DNA of 64,000 nucleotides from an uncultured Pseudomonadota bacterium (GTDB taxonomy: Bacteria > Oederibacteriota > Muellerivitia > Muellerivitales > Muellerivitaceae): NCBI GenBank assembly GCA_963770835.1, contig CAVYRH010000026.1, positions 576,001 through 640,000 on the forward strand, read 5' to 3'. The notes below the pieces were generated by a model that saw only the letters and a program-made list of their open reading frames with translations, had not been told where the DNA came from and did not search any database. The position numbers and the translations under genes are program-made. Positions 53,152 through 63,376 of the stretch are shown one piece after another (positions within the stretch are counted from its first letter, which is position 1; each line of letters begins with the position of its first letter).

Positions 53152-54009
53152 ATGAAAAACCTGAAAACTTTGGCCGTCCTGTTCTTCACCGTCTTGGGCG
53201 CCATCACCCTGGCCGGATGCCCCAGCAAGAGCAGCAGCCCCAGCTCACCCAACAACCCGGCGCCTACGAACACTTTCACCTCCGTTTCCTCGGCCACCCC
53301 GACGAATACGGCCACCGTCACCCCCTCCCCCACGGTGACCTCCACGCCAACGAAAACCCCCAGCCCAACGCCCTCGGGAACCCCGACCAATACCGCCACC
53401 CAAACCGCGACTTCCACAATCACCTTAACATTCACCCAGACGCCGACTTCCACTATTACCAACACTCCCACGGCCACAGCCAGTCCCACCATCACCAACA
53501 CCCCCACCATCACCTCCACCTACGTTCTTACGCCCTGCGCCACCGCCTCCTGCAACACCAGCGCCAGCCAGGGGGACACCTTTACCGGCAACGACGATGG
53601 CAGCGTGAACGGGGATGTCACCTGGGTTTTTCCCGTCACCTTCACCGGAACCGTCAACGTGACCGGCTTCGAAGTTTCGCTTTGGAACGGGCCCCAAACC
53701 ATCACCACGGGGGTTTACGCCGACAACGGCAGCAACTACCCCGGGAACCTGATTTATACCGCCGGCCCCCTGGTGGTGAGCGGCACGGGATGGACGGTGG
53801 TGGACACTTCCACCTACGTGCTTTGCGCGGGCACTTATTGGATCGCCCAGTCTGGAAATGGGAATTCCTCCGATCCCAACTACGTGAACTTCAACCTCAG
53901 CACCAGCGGATACAACTCGAACATCGGCGTTGATTTTCCCGCGACCTTCCCGGCAGGGGCCCACGCGACCTCCAGCCTGACCGAGATGCGCATCGACTAT
54001 TGCTATTAA
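53152..54009 (+). CDS. lipoprotein with Pro/Thr-rich stalk and C-terminal beta domain
   Basis: Lipobox LAGC; TPT repeats; GVYAD...PG.L...GTYWIA. Confidence 0.8.
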   Translation: MKNLKTLAVLFFTVLGAITLAGCPSKSSSPSSPNNPAPTNTFTSVSSATPTNTATVTPSPTVTSTPTKTPSPTPSGTPTNTATQTATSTITLTFTQTPTSTITNTPTATASPTITNTPTITSTYVLTPCATASCNTSASQGDTFTGNDDGSVNGDVTWVFPVTFTGTVNVTGFEVSLWNGPQTITTGVYADNGSNYPGNLIYTAGPLVVSGTGWTVVDTSTYVLCAGTYWIAQSGNGNSSDPNYVNFNLSTSGYNSNIGVDFPATFPAGAHATSSLTEMRIDYCY

Positions 54010-54052
54010 AGAAGGGCAAGGGGCCCGCCCCTTCCTCCCTCCACTTTGACCC

Positions 54053-54160
54053 GAAATAAAAAGAGACAACCCCACAGGTTGGCTCTTTTAGTTTTACCGC
54101 CAGCCGTCCTTCCGCCGCGCGCCGCCGTAACGGCCCATCCCACCCGCGAAACCCAAGGGC
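54053..54160 (+). repeat. terminator-plus-tail repeat
   Basis: GAAATAAAAAGAG...CTCTTTTAGTTTTACCGCCAGCCGTCCTTCCGCCGCGCGCCGCCGTAACGGCC...AAACCCA. Confidence 0.8.
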
Positions 54161-54326
54161 GGCACAATCCTCAAACTGCGGCCTTCGGCGCCGGACCTCC
54201 GTCGGGAAATCCGGGGGTATAATGGACGCCGACTTGCCCGGTAACTTTGGCGGACAAGTCCCCCGGGAAATTCCGGCTTATCATCGAACCGTGAAAAATC
54301 CGGAAGAAGGCGTAAAGGAGAATGCC

Positions 54327-55205
54327 ATGAGGGGAAAAAGCATCCTGACACTCGGTTTGATGACGGCCTTGGGGGTGTTCTCAGCCCTTTGGCTCAACGG
54401 CTGCGCCGGTAAACCCATTCCCCCGGTTTTCAGCCTTTACGGGTACCAGCGGTTGGCGGTGGTGCCATTCGACGACCCGACCCAGGACCCGGCCCTCGGG
54501 GGCGCCGTGGCGGATGAAATGACCGATGAGGTCCTTAGTTTAGGGGCCGTTCCCGTGATCGACGCCAAGCAGGTGGCCGCCTATCTCCGGAGCGTGGGGG
54601 CCGACGCCTCCTCCGTTCAAACCGACCAGGATCTCCGGGACCGGGTCGCGAAAAAATTCAATTGCGATATCCTGCTGCTGGGATCGGCCTCCGGCTACAC
54701 CGAGGTTTTAAAGGATACGGCCCCCCAACGCCTGGCCGACTCCTCCGGGATATCCAAATGGGGTTTTTACACCTACCGCAAGGTGGTCGTGCAGGCGAAT
54801 GCCAGGCTCATGGACCCGGGCACGGGAAGCCTGGTTTGGAGCGGTAAAAACAAGGGTTGGAGCTGGCTGAACACATGGAACCCCCTGCCCGTCCCGGCGG
54901 ACGTGGCGGCGGAAGACGACGTCAACCGGTTCCTCAATTTGGCCAGTAGTGTGGTGGGTGCCGTCGTCCCGCAGGCGGGCCAAGTCCTGAATGTGGCCAA
55001 CCTGGCGAGGTACCGCCTCAACCACGACACCGACCAGGAGCCCGTCGTCGTCGACGAAAACACCCCGGGGGTGCTGGTCTATCCCAAGAGCGCGGCTTTC
55101 GCCAACCTCCGCGAAAAAGCCATCCAACAAACGATGAACGGAATCGTCGAGGACTTCCGGGGCCATTGTGGTTGGACACCCCAATTGACGGGCAACGCCC
55201 AATAA
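54327..55205 (+). CDS. lipoprotein (CsgG/TolB_N-like fold)
   Basis: Lipobox LNGC; RLAVVPF, ARLMD..TG..VW. Confidence 0.65.
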   Translation: MRGKSILTLGLMTALGVFSALWLNGCAGKPIPPVFSLYGYQRLAVVPFDDPTQDPALGGAVADEMTDEVLSLGAVPVIDAKQVAAYLRSVGADASSVQTDQDLRDRVAKKFNCDILLLGSASGYTEVLKDTAPQRLADSSGISKWGFYTYRKVVVQANARLMDPGTGSLVWSGKNKGWSWLNTWNPLPVPADVAAEDDVNRFLNLASSVVGAVVPQAGQVLNVANLARYRLNHDTDQEPVVVDENTPGVLVYPKSAAFANLREKAIQQTMNGIVEDFRGHCGWTPQLTGNAQ

Positions 55206-55276
55206 AAAAGGGCCGGAGAACACCGGGGTCTTTTGTTTTTACCGCCAGCCGTCCTACCGCGGCGAGTCCCCGTAAC
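55201..55276 (+). repeat. terminator-plus-tail repeat
   Basis: CCGGGGTCTTTTGTTTTTACCGCCAGCCGTCCTACCGCGGCGAGTCCCCGTAAC. Confidence 0.85.
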
Positions 55277-55423
55277 AACCGCTTCAAATCAAGCAACTTT
55301 CGAGGTGGTTGAAAAGTTACCCCCCCGTTTCCACGCAGGGCTTAAAATGGCCCGGAATTAAGAAGGCCGGCCAATATTTAAGTTTGGGTCCAAGTCGAGC
55401 CAAACCGTTATCGGGAGGTTCAT

Positions 55424-56059
55424 ATGAAAAAAGTTATTTTGTTCATCGTTGGCGGGTTGCTGCTTCTCTGGGTCACGGGGATCATCCTCGAAAACTTCTT
55501 CAACGTGGACCTGGATAAATACATCAACGGAAGCCCCTCAGCCCCCCAGGCCGCCGCGCCCCCTCCGGCCGCCGCACCCCCCGCCGATGGCGCGCCTTCC
55601 GACTGGAAGACCTACAACTACGATGATTTCCATTTCTCGATCGCAAGCCCCTATGAATTGCAGGAATCCCCATCCTCGGGCGCGACAACCCTGAAAGGCA
55701 TGGAAGCGAAGGGCCGCAGCCCCGACATGAAATTCATCCTCCAGGCCGCCGCCCATGAAATGCCGGATGTTGCCCTCGACCTGAACAAAGTCACGGACCA
55801 GCAGATCAAGATGTTCAAGCTCATGGACAAGATCATGGTGAACTTCCAGGCGTCCACCAGCCCCGTCACCGTAGCCGATACGCCGGGCATCCAGGCGCAG
55901 GGAACCTACCAGGCCCTGGGCAAAATTGATGAGGAAATGATGCTCCTCAATATCAAAAAGGGGACTACCTTGCTGAACCTCATGGTCCAATTCTCGCCTA
56001 CGGATGAAAACAAGGCCATGGCGGATAAGATCATCCATTCCTTAAGTTTCACGAATTGA
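55424..56059 (+). CDS. membrane-anchored protein, PsbP-like
   Basis: N-terminal TM, Pro/Ala linker, WKTY...FSIASP ... KII.SL.F. Confidence 0.6.
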   Translation: MKKVILFIVGGLLLLWVTGIILENFFNVDLDKYINGSPSAPQAAAPPPAAAPPADGAPSDWKTYNYDDFHFSIASPYELQESPSSGATTLKGMEAKGRSPDMKFILQAAAHEMPDVALDLNKVTDQQIKMFKLMDKIMVNFQASTSPVTVADTPGIQAQGTYQALGKIDEEMMLLNIKKGTTLLNLMVQFSPTDENKAMADKIIHSLSFTN

Positions 56060-56676
56060 CGGGAAGGGAACCGCCCATTGTGAAAATTCTACCGATGGCA
56101 TTCCTCCTCTTTTTCTTTGGGACGATGATCCAGGCGGGCGCCCAAGAAGACAAGCTCTCCCCGGCCGACGCCAAAAGGGTGATTGAAAAAAGGGCGTCGG
56201 AGGCAATTGGGGTAATCAAAAACAAGGATTTCCAGCACCTTTCCAGGTTAACCCACCCTGACAAAGGGTTGATCTTTTCCCCTTACCCCTTTGTCAGCGG
56301 CAGGGAAAAACCGCTCAGCAAAAAGGAAGTTCGCAACCTATCCCTTGAAGATAAGGCGATTTTTCAAGTGGTCCCGCAAGAGGGCTCCGGCGACGACGTC
56401 AATTATTCCCTCGCGGATTATTTCAAGCGGTTCGTGTATGGCCGGGATTTCGCGCAAGCGCCGAAAGTCAGTTACAACGAACACCTTTCGGAGGGAAATT
56501 GTTCCATTGATCTCGATGAAAAATTACCCGGGTCGATCATCGTGGAATATTATTTTCCAGGATTCGACCCCAAAAGAGACGGCATGGATTGGGAATCGCT
56601 CTTCCTGGCATTTGAAAAAGCCGATGACGGGAATTGGTATTTGGTGGACATCGCGCACGACAGTTGGTGTATTTGA
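56056..56676 (+). CDS. secreted hypothetical protein (start may be GTG 56080)
   Basis: Signal peptide; HPDKG..FSPY, GMDWESL...WYLV. Confidence 0.7.
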   Translation: MTGREPPIVKILPMAFLLFFFGTMIQAGAQEDKLSPADAKRVIEKRASEAIGVIKNKDFQHLSRLTHPDKGLIFSPYPFVSGREKPLSKKEVRNLSLEDKAIFQVVPQEGSGDDVNYSLADYFKRFVYGRDFAQAPKVSYNEHLSEGNCSIDLDEKLPGSIIVEYYFPGFDPKRDGMDWESLFLAFEKADDGNWYLVDIAHDSWCI

Positions 56677-56699
56677 CCAAAGAAATAATCGCCAATAAC

Positions 56700-57839
56700 A
56701 TGAAAAAAAATAAACCGAGCCTATTGGTCTTTTTCCTCAAAATCCTCCTTGGGGTCCTGCTTGTCCTTTTGCTTTCGCCCCCGGTCCTGTGGCTGGGCCA
56801 TTACCTAGTGGGTGGCCTTTTTTACGACGGTTGGGACGGGAGTTTTTGGGGGCGGGTGGAACAATTGAACGCCAACAATTTTTCCAAGATCTCCCTGATG
56901 GACATCACGCCCCCGCCCTTGGACCCGAACCACGTCTCCATCGGGGCCAACGGCCCTTACTTCATGTTCCTCAAGATCAACCGGGGCGAAAGCCCGGAGG
57001 CCCAGGATCCCCGGTACGCGGGGGACCGGGAGCAGGTGGAATTCACCATCCGCCAGGGATTCGGGGTCATCAAGCCCTTCCTGGAGGAGAGGAGCTTTTG
57101 GGACTCCTTCGCCCTCACCCACCGCTACACGTTTTCCGCCGACGGGCACGGCCAGGTGCTGGCGGCTTTTTATCCCTCGATCTTCAATGGAACGGTCCTC
57201 ACCAAAAGCCTGGGCCGGGGGATCGTCATCTCGGCCAAGGTGTTGAACAACCCGAAGATCACCAATGAGGTGACCTACGAATGGAACCCGGCGGACCTTC
57301 GCCGGGAGGATTTCGACCGGGCGGTAAATGCCTTCGTGGACTGGCACAACAAGACCCGCCTGGTCGACCGCACCGAAGAGGGGTCGGAAGTCTCAAATTC
57401 CATGGATGAGGACACGATCCGGTTCGACCAGGCCCTGGGGCTTGCCCCGCCGCCCCCTTCGCCGGTGATTACGAACACCATCCAAGGGGGGAAGGCCGTC
57501 AGCAACGGCCAGGAGGTCCCGAACTTCGAGTACACTCCCCGCTATTTTTACGCCAGGACGGGACGGGAACCCTGGGCTTACATGGGCGGGAACGTGGTTT
57601 TCATTTCCAGGGAAATCCCGGGCACGGTCGACTTTTGGGCCTACGACCCGGCCACCGGGCTTATGAAAGATAAGGTCCGGTACCCCTCCCCCTCGGGCTT
57701 GGGAGCCCAGGAGCACCGAACCGAATACCAGCAGATCAACGGAAATTATTTCCACTTGGACGACCAGTCCTTGAGTTATTACGGACAGGTCAATACCTAC
57801 CGGTGGGAGATTCGCACCGCGGTGACCCTGGCCCTCTGA
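56700..57839 (+). CDS. membrane-anchored hypothetical protein
   Basis: Long ORF with N-terminal TM and host-like codon usage. Confidence 0.7.
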   Translation: MKKNKPSLLVFFLKILLGVLLVLLLSPPVLWLGHYLVGGLFYDGWDGSFWGRVEQLNANNFSKISLMDITPPPLDPNHVSIGANGPYFMFLKINRGESPEAQDPRYAGDREQVEFTIRQGFGVIKPFLEERSFWDSFALTHRYTFSADGHGQVLAAFYPSIFNGTVLTKSLGRGIVISAKVLNNPKITNEVTYEWNPADLRREDFDRAVNAFVDWHNKTRLVDRTEEGSEVSNSMDEDTIRFDQALGLAPPPPSPVITNTIQGGKAVSNGQEVPNFEYTPRYFYARTGREPWAYMGGNVVFISREIPGTVDFWAYDPATGLMKDKVRYPSPSGLGAQEHRTEYQQINGNYFHLDDQSLSYYGQVNTYRWEIRTAVTLAL

Positions 57840-58025
57840 ACTTCGGGATGGGGAAACAGCCAGGTTCTTTTGTTTTTACCGTTGGTAGTGGTTCCACAGC
57901 GGGTCGCTTTGGCCGCAAATTCCAGCGCGGGATCAGCCGCCTTACATTTTTGAAAATATGGCGTTTACTATTGCGCATTCCGGCTTTTAACTTTTATCGG
58001 TATCTCATCGCTATCGGGGAATCAT

Positions 58026-59594
58026 ATGAAGAAAATGATATTCGGGGTATTAATTTTCCTGCTGGGTTTGGCTTGGGTGCCCGCGGCCCATGCCGACGAG
58101 AATGCCGACTACCAAGCCGCCCTTGGGAATTACCAGAAGGGCCAATATGACCAAGCCGTGATCGGGTTCCAAAACGTGCTCCTGAAGGACCCGAATTCCT
58201 GGCAGGCCTACCAGGGACTGGGAAGCGCCTTCCTCCGTGAGGGCGACAAGGATGGGGCGCTCCAAGCCTACCAACGAAGTCTGCAACTGAACCCCGACAA
58301 CCCCACGGTCAAGGCCAAGGTGGACAAGCTTTCCGCCGAAACCCCGCGGGCTGCCCCGGCCACACCCTCTCCCACCGGCGGCTTCACGCCCGTTGCCGCT
58401 TCCACCGGCCGGAAAATCGAAACCATCGGGACCTTCACGGACCAAGACGGAACCAAACATACCTCAAACTTTATCTTCGAGGGCCAGCCCCTGAATAATG
58501 ACCAGCAAATTGAGGATGTGATCGACCTGCTCAAGGACGACCAAGCCACCCAGCTGATGAAAAGCGCGAGAGGAAAACAAAGCGGAGCCAACGCGCTGGA
58601 TGTTCTGGGAGCGATTTGTATCAGCGGGGCACTTGTCTACGGGTTCGCGGCGCAAGCAACCCCCGTAACCAACACTTGCCCCTTCGGTGGAGCCTCTATC
58701 AGCCAAGGCAATCCCGACTTGACTCCCAGCTGGATCGCGGGAGGGGTGGGGGTGGGACTGCTCCTGATTGGGATGGTATTGGAAGGGGATGCGGGCAACG
58801 ACCGTTATCAAGCGGTGGCCCGTTACAACGAACTGGCGGGGCCGGGCACCAACCCGGAGGCCGCAAGCCGGGGGACTGGGGCGGGCGCAGCGGTCACGGG
58901 CGAATCCACCCCCGAAGCCTCCCATTCCGCCCCGCCGCCGGAGAGCTCGCCCAGCCCAAGCGAGGGCAGCGATATCGGGCAGGTTACCGTGGATATTTCC
59001 CCCCTGGCGAATCTCCCCCTGAGCGGCAAGACCGCATCCGAATACAATCCCGGTTTCGGCATCGGCGGGGACATCAAGCTCTCGCTGGATAAAAATTGGA
59101 GCGTGGGTGTGGCGGCCAGTTTCCAGGACCTGCCGGTCAATGTCAGTTACATTGAAAACGCCTTCCAACAGACCTACGGTGTGGCCTTGCCGCCGGGCGT
59201 GGCCTTCAACGGGGATTGGCAATACATCCCGATTGTGGGCCTGGTGCAGTATTCCTTTTCCACCGCGAAACCCGGCGCGGTCCCCTATGTTTTTTTGGGG
59301 GCGGGGGTCGCCATCAATTCCGCCGACGTTTCAGCCATTTACAGCGGCGAAAATATCACGGCTACGGTCAGCGAAACGGATTTCCTGCTTTGCCCCGGGC
59401 TGGGCGTCCGGATGCAATTGGATCCAAGCCTCAGCCTCTTCTTCCAGGGGCGGCTGGACATTGATTTCACCTCCCAAAATAACATGGACGTCATTACCCT
59501 CACGGAAAACGGGAGCAGCGCCAAGGCGCTCGGAAACCTCTCGGACGACAGCCCCACCCTGTTCCTGCCGCTCCAATTGGGCCTGGAATTTTAA
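58026..59594 (+). CDS. TPR protein with C-terminal outer-membrane beta-barrel
   Basis: Signal peptide, TPRs, PYVFLGAG, terminal LGLEF. Confidence 0.8.
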   Translation: MKKMIFGVLIFLLGLAWVPAAHADENADYQAALGNYQKGQYDQAVIGFQNVLLKDPNSWQAYQGLGSAFLREGDKDGALQAYQRSLQLNPDNPTVKAKVDKLSAETPRAAPATPSPTGGFTPVAASTGRKIETIGTFTDQDGTKHTSNFIFEGQPLNNDQQIEDVIDLLKDDQATQLMKSARGKQSGANALDVLGAICISGALVYGFAAQATPVTNTCPFGGASISQGNPDLTPSWIAGGVGVGLLLIGMVLEGDAGNDRYQAVARYNELAGPGTNPEAASRGTGAGAAVTGESTPEASHSAPPPESSPSPSEGSDIGQVTVDISPLANLPLSGKTASEYNPGFGIGGDIKLSLDKNWSVGVAASFQDLPVNVSYIENAFQQTYGVALPPGVAFNGDWQYIPIVGLVQYSFSTAKPGAVPYVFLGAGVAINSADVSAIYSGENITATVSETDFLLCPGLGVRMQLDPSLSLFFQGRLDIDFTSQNNMDVITLTENGSSAKALGNLSDDSPTLFLPLQLGLEF

Positions 59595-59664
59595 TGAAAC
59601 CAAGGCGCCCCCACTACGCCGAGACTTCGTGGGGGAGGCAGGCCGCGATTTATTAATTCAGGCC

Positions 59665-59735
59665 GAAATAAAAAGAACCCGGCTTTGGGGAAAGCCGGGT
59701 TCTTTTGTTTTTACCGCGAGCCGTCATTCGGCGGC
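59665..59735 (+). repeat. terminator-plus-tail repeat
   Basis: GAAATAAAAAGAACCCGGCTTT-GGGG-AAAGCCGGGTTCTTTTGTTTTTACCGCGAGCCGTC. Confidence 0.88.
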
Positions 59736-59743
59736 GGGCTGGC

Positions 59744-59935
59744 TCAACCTTTTTTATACATCCAGTCGCCCTGGGCGGCCAGTTTGCGTTCCGCCGCGAC
59801 CCAGTCGGCCAGCTCATCGCCGATGGGGCATCCGCGGCTCAACCATTGGTAATAAGCTTCTTGCTGGATTAGTTCCGGGGTGATCTCATTTTCCTTCAAT
59901 CGCACGGCCGAAGGCCTCTCTTTTACGCTCGCCAT
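59744..59935 (-). CDS. DUF2934-family protein
   Basis: IQQEAYYQWLSRG...G..LADWVAAE; GGAGG RBS. Confidence 0.8.
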   Translation of the reverse strand: MASVKERPSAVRLKENEITPELIQQEAYYQWLSRGCPIGDELADWVAAERKLAAQGDWMYKKG

Positions 59936-60272
59936 ATCGTTCCTCCTTCATGAAGTTTCTTCCGTTCCCGCCTATTATTTAACCGCCATGGTTTTAGGAA
60001 AATCAAATTACAAACGTGAAATTGATGCCGTCCGTTTAACTCGCCGGCCTGATACGGGGGGAATCCGGGAAACACTTGGCCGGATGCCGCAATCAAAGTG
60101 GGAGGAGGCCCCGAAACAAAGGGGGCACGGCCCTTTTTTTCCGGTTTTCTTTATGACTTGTCCCGTGAAAGTTAAACGTCAAGACCTTACAACCCCCTCC
60201 TTCGCGAATGCTTTTCACCCGGTTTTGTTATCATCAAATCAGGAGAGAATTTCGGTTTCGAAGGAGGCCTTC

Positions 60273-60977
60273 ATGTCGGAAACTCTCGTCAACATGGGAA
60301 TGATTTTGGCCGGTTCCATTCTCGGTATTTTTCTGCAAAAAAAGCTACCCGCCGCTTTCCAGGAGCGCGCCTACCGGATCACCGGATTCTTCATTTTGTT
60401 GATCGGCCTGCGGATATTCCTGAAGTACCACCAGCCTGTCCTGGTCCTGGCCAGCTTGTACCTGGGAGCCGGACTGGGGGTTTGGTGGAAATTGTCGGCC
60501 CATATCACCCGTGTGGGCGGCTTCTTCCTGAAGTTCCTGCTGGAAAAAAAGATTTTCTTCCCATCGCCGTCCCCTTTCGAGGATGGGTTCGTCCCCGCCA
60601 GCCTTCTTTTCTGCGTGGGCACCCTCGCGGTCGTGGCGGGTTTCCCCGGCGCGACGGGCCATCCCCTTTGGTCCGTGAAGCTGGCCCTGGTTTTCCTGCC
60701 CGGCCTCATCCTTGCCGCGACCCTGGGATGGGGGGTGGTCTTCTCCATCGTAAGCGTTTTTCTCTTCCAGGCCTTCCTCAGCCTGTCGGGCGACCCCGTG
60801 CAATCTTTTTTCATCGACAACATCGTCTCTGATTTAACCGCCGTGGGCGGGGTTCTCATCGCCTTCTGGGGCCTGAAGCTGTCAAAACTGACCACCGTTT
60901 CGCCCTCCGATTTCCTGCCGGCGCTGTTGGTGTCGCCCCTGCTGGGCTGGATTTATTATTCCCTCCTCAAAGCCTGA
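60273..60977 (+). CDS. DUF554-family membrane protein
   Basis: TLVN...I..GS..G, GFV.ASLLFCVG, LG.GV.FS. Confidence 0.8.
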   Translation: MSETLVNMGMILAGSILGIFLQKKLPAAFQERAYRITGFFILLIGLRIFLKYHQPVLVLASLYLGAGLGVWWKLSAHITRVGGFFLKFLLEKKIFFPSPSPFEDGFVPASLLFCVGTLAVVAGFPGATGHPLWSVKLALVFLPGLILAATLGWGVVFSIVSVFLFQAFLSLSGDPVQSFFIDNIVSDLTAVGGVLIAFWGLKLSKLTTVSPSDFLPALLVSPLLGWIYYSLLKA

Positions 60978-61090
60978 GGGGATTTCGGGAAAAGGGCCCT
61001 GCCTCGATTACACTTTCAGATAAGGCAAAGTGTAAAATAAAGCCCGGCCGCGTTTGTTTTTCGATAACCGGGCCAAAAGGAACATCAACC

Positions 61091-61552
61091 TTGTCCGTCA
61101 CCTATACCGACGCTTCACCCCGGGATCCGATCACCCTGAAATCCCCCCTGATCTTCCTGGTTTCGACCCTGGGTTTCGGGTTTCTTTTCACCCTGCCCGT
61201 TTTCTGGGACTACCAGTACTACCAAAAGGCCTTGCCTTACCAGGCCTATGTCTTATACGACAGCCCCCATTACTCCAAAGGCTCGGTGGATTATTACGAA
61301 CTCCACGTCCAATACCAGCCGCCCCAACAGGCCGTCCGGCAGGCGGCCCTGCGGACCGACAAGGACTACCCCACCGGCCAAATGATGCCCATCGTCTACG
61401 ACCCCAACCGGGGCGGGGAGTGCCGGGAGTACAAACCCAAGATGAGCTTTGGGAGCGAGGTCTTTCCCGCTTTCCTGGTCCGCTCCTTGATCGCCGCGGT
61501 TTTAACCCTTCTTTTCGAGGCCAAGGCCTGGTTGCGGAAACTCCGGGGGTAA
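61091..61552 (+). CDS. membrane protein (DUF3592-like)
   Basis: TM...G...IVYDPN...TM architecture. Confidence 0.5.
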   Translation: MSVTYTDASPRDPITLKSPLIFLVSTLGFGFLFTLPVFWDYQYYQKALPYQAYVLYDSPHYSKGSVDYYELHVQYQPPQQAVRQAALRTDKDYPTGQMMPIVYDPNRGGECREYKPKMSFGSEVFPAFLVRSLIAAVLTLLFEAKAWLRKLRG

Positions 61553-61704
61553 TCAAAAAGCCCTTTCGGGGCCTGTACCCGTAACGAATAACTCCCCTAG
61601 TGGTATATATATAGAACAAGGGGATTCGCCTATCTTTCAAGAATCCCCAACGGGTAAAATCAACCCCCAATCCGGGCGATCCGCCGCCTTCCGAGGAACA
61701 CCGC

Positions 61705-62991
61705 ATGAAGCCGTTCAAATTAATCGGGGCCCTGGCCCTTCCGGCCCTTTTCCTTTGGCCCTCCCCCGTCTTTTCCCAATGCACCCCCCAGTCGGCCAAC
61801 ATACTCGTTTCGGGCGACGACAACAGCTACGTCTGGATCAACGGGACCGCCGTGGGCCCCGTCCCCGTTCTCTACTGCGGGGGAAGCTGCGTGCCGACGC
61901 CCATCCAGGTGCCCACCACGGTGTTCAACCAGGGGCAAAGCGTGCTGGTGGCGGTGGAGACGGACAATATCAACCCCACCGAAACCTTCAGCGCCTGGTC
62001 GCTGGAAATCAATTGCGTGGGCGGGTTCAATTGGGTGATCTCCAGCCAAAGTTATCCGGCGATTCCCATGTATTACGACCCCAACGGCGGCATGGCCGCC
62101 ACCTGCGCGGGGCAAGCACCCCCGCCGCTGGACGGGGCCTCGAATCCCTGGACGGCCTTCACCTATAACCCGGCCTCCAACCCCTTCGCCCCGACCGGGG
62201 TGCCGGTGACCGGCACCCAATTTGCCGCCACCATCTTTAACCAGGTTACCGGGGCACCCATTCCCCCGGTGTCCTACGCCGCTTCCGGATACGTGTCCAC
62301 CAGCTGCGGCGCCCTTTATTGGAGGGAACTGGCCGTGATCCCCACGCCGACCCAAACGCCGACCCTGACCCCCAGTTCCACCCCCACTCTCACCGCCACC
62401 CTCACGCCTTCCTCCACGCCCACCTTCAGCCCCACGCCGACCTATTCGCCGACCCCGAGTTTCACCCCGACCATCACTTATACCCCGACCCTCACCCCGA
62501 CCCCCACCAACACCTTCACGCCCACGGACAGCTTTACGCCTTCCTCCACCCCCACCAAAACCTGCACCTTCACCCCGACTTCCACCCCGACGGTCACCTT
62601 TACCCATACCTCGACCTTCACCCCCACCAACACTCCCACGCCCAGCTTCACGCCGACTCCTTGCGGTTATCCCGGCAATACCTGCACCCCCACCCCGACA
62701 CCCGTGGAAGAATTCAACGTCTCCCTGAACGTCCTGCGCCCTTCCCAAGGCGGGGTCACCATCACGGTCGCCAGCGCTGTTTTTCCGGGGGAACTTTCCC
62801 TGATGATCTATAACTCCGCCGGGGAACACATCAAAACGCTCCTCTCGGAGACCCTGACGAATTCCATCCTGCAAACCGTCGTTTGGGACGGGACCAACAA
62901 ATACGGCGCGCCCTGCGCCAGCGGGGTTTACCTGATCTATTACCGGGAGCCCTTCGCGGTGCAAATGAAGAAGATTTTATTGGTACGGTAG
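61705..62991 (+). CDS. secreted protein with Pro/Thr stalk and FlgD-Ig-like C-terminus
   Basis: Signal peptide; [13 protein letters not shown] repeats; [12 protein letters not shown]...WDGTN...ASGVY. Confidence 0.8.
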   Translation: MKPFKLIGALALPALFLWPSPVFSQCTPQSANILVSGDDNSYVWINGTAVGPVPVLYCGGSCVPTPIQVPTTVFNQGQSVLVAVETDNINPTETFSAWSLEINCVGGFNWVISSQSYPAIPMYYDPNGGMAATCAGQAPPPLDGASNPWTAFTYNPASNPFAPTGVPVTGTQFAATIFNQVTGAPIPPVSYAASGYVSTSCGALYWRELAVIPTPTQTPTLTPSSTPTLTATLTPSSTPTFSPTPTYSPTPSFTPTITYTPTLTPTPTNTFTPTDSFTPSSTPTKTCTFTPTSTPTVTFTHTSTFTPTNTPTPSFTPTPCGYPGNTCTPTPTPVEEFNVSLNVLRPSQGGVTITVASAVFPGELSLMIYNSAGEHIKTLLSETLTNSILQTVVWDGTNKYGAPCASGVYLIYYREPFAVQMKKILLVR

Positions 62992-63376
62992 GCAAGCGAG
63001 CGGGGTAGGAATATTTTGGTTTGCCTGAAAATCCCTCTTAAGACGCCGTTAAACCGCTTTTGGGAAACGCAACTTTTGCCTTTGAATCCCGACCCGGGTC
63101 CTTCAAATGACCAGCCTTTTGAAATTGATTTTAGCCCGCCCGGTTTTACCCGCCATAAAATGGCTGGAAATTTTTTAGTTGTTCGTTAATCCCACCTCTC
63201 AATTGACGTTTGACGGGGTGGGTATGAAATCTTCCACCTTTCGCACCGATGGGGTTTGATTTTCCGGAAAAGAAAGTCCAATAATTTTTAATAAGGCAAG
63301 TTATTTGCCCGCGGGAAAAAACCTCCCGGATGCGCTTCCGGCGTCAAAGCAGACCATCCGTCGCATCGAGGTGAAC

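Noticed and set aside
38952..59735. Integron attC sites or CRISPR array
   Set aside because: No RYYYAAC...GTTRRRY boxes, no integrase or cas genes, and the spacing is gene-sized and irregular
62340..62705. Tandem DNA repeat or array
   Set aside because: Low-complexity Pro/Thr coding linker (likewise 53265-53520), not a nucleotide-level array
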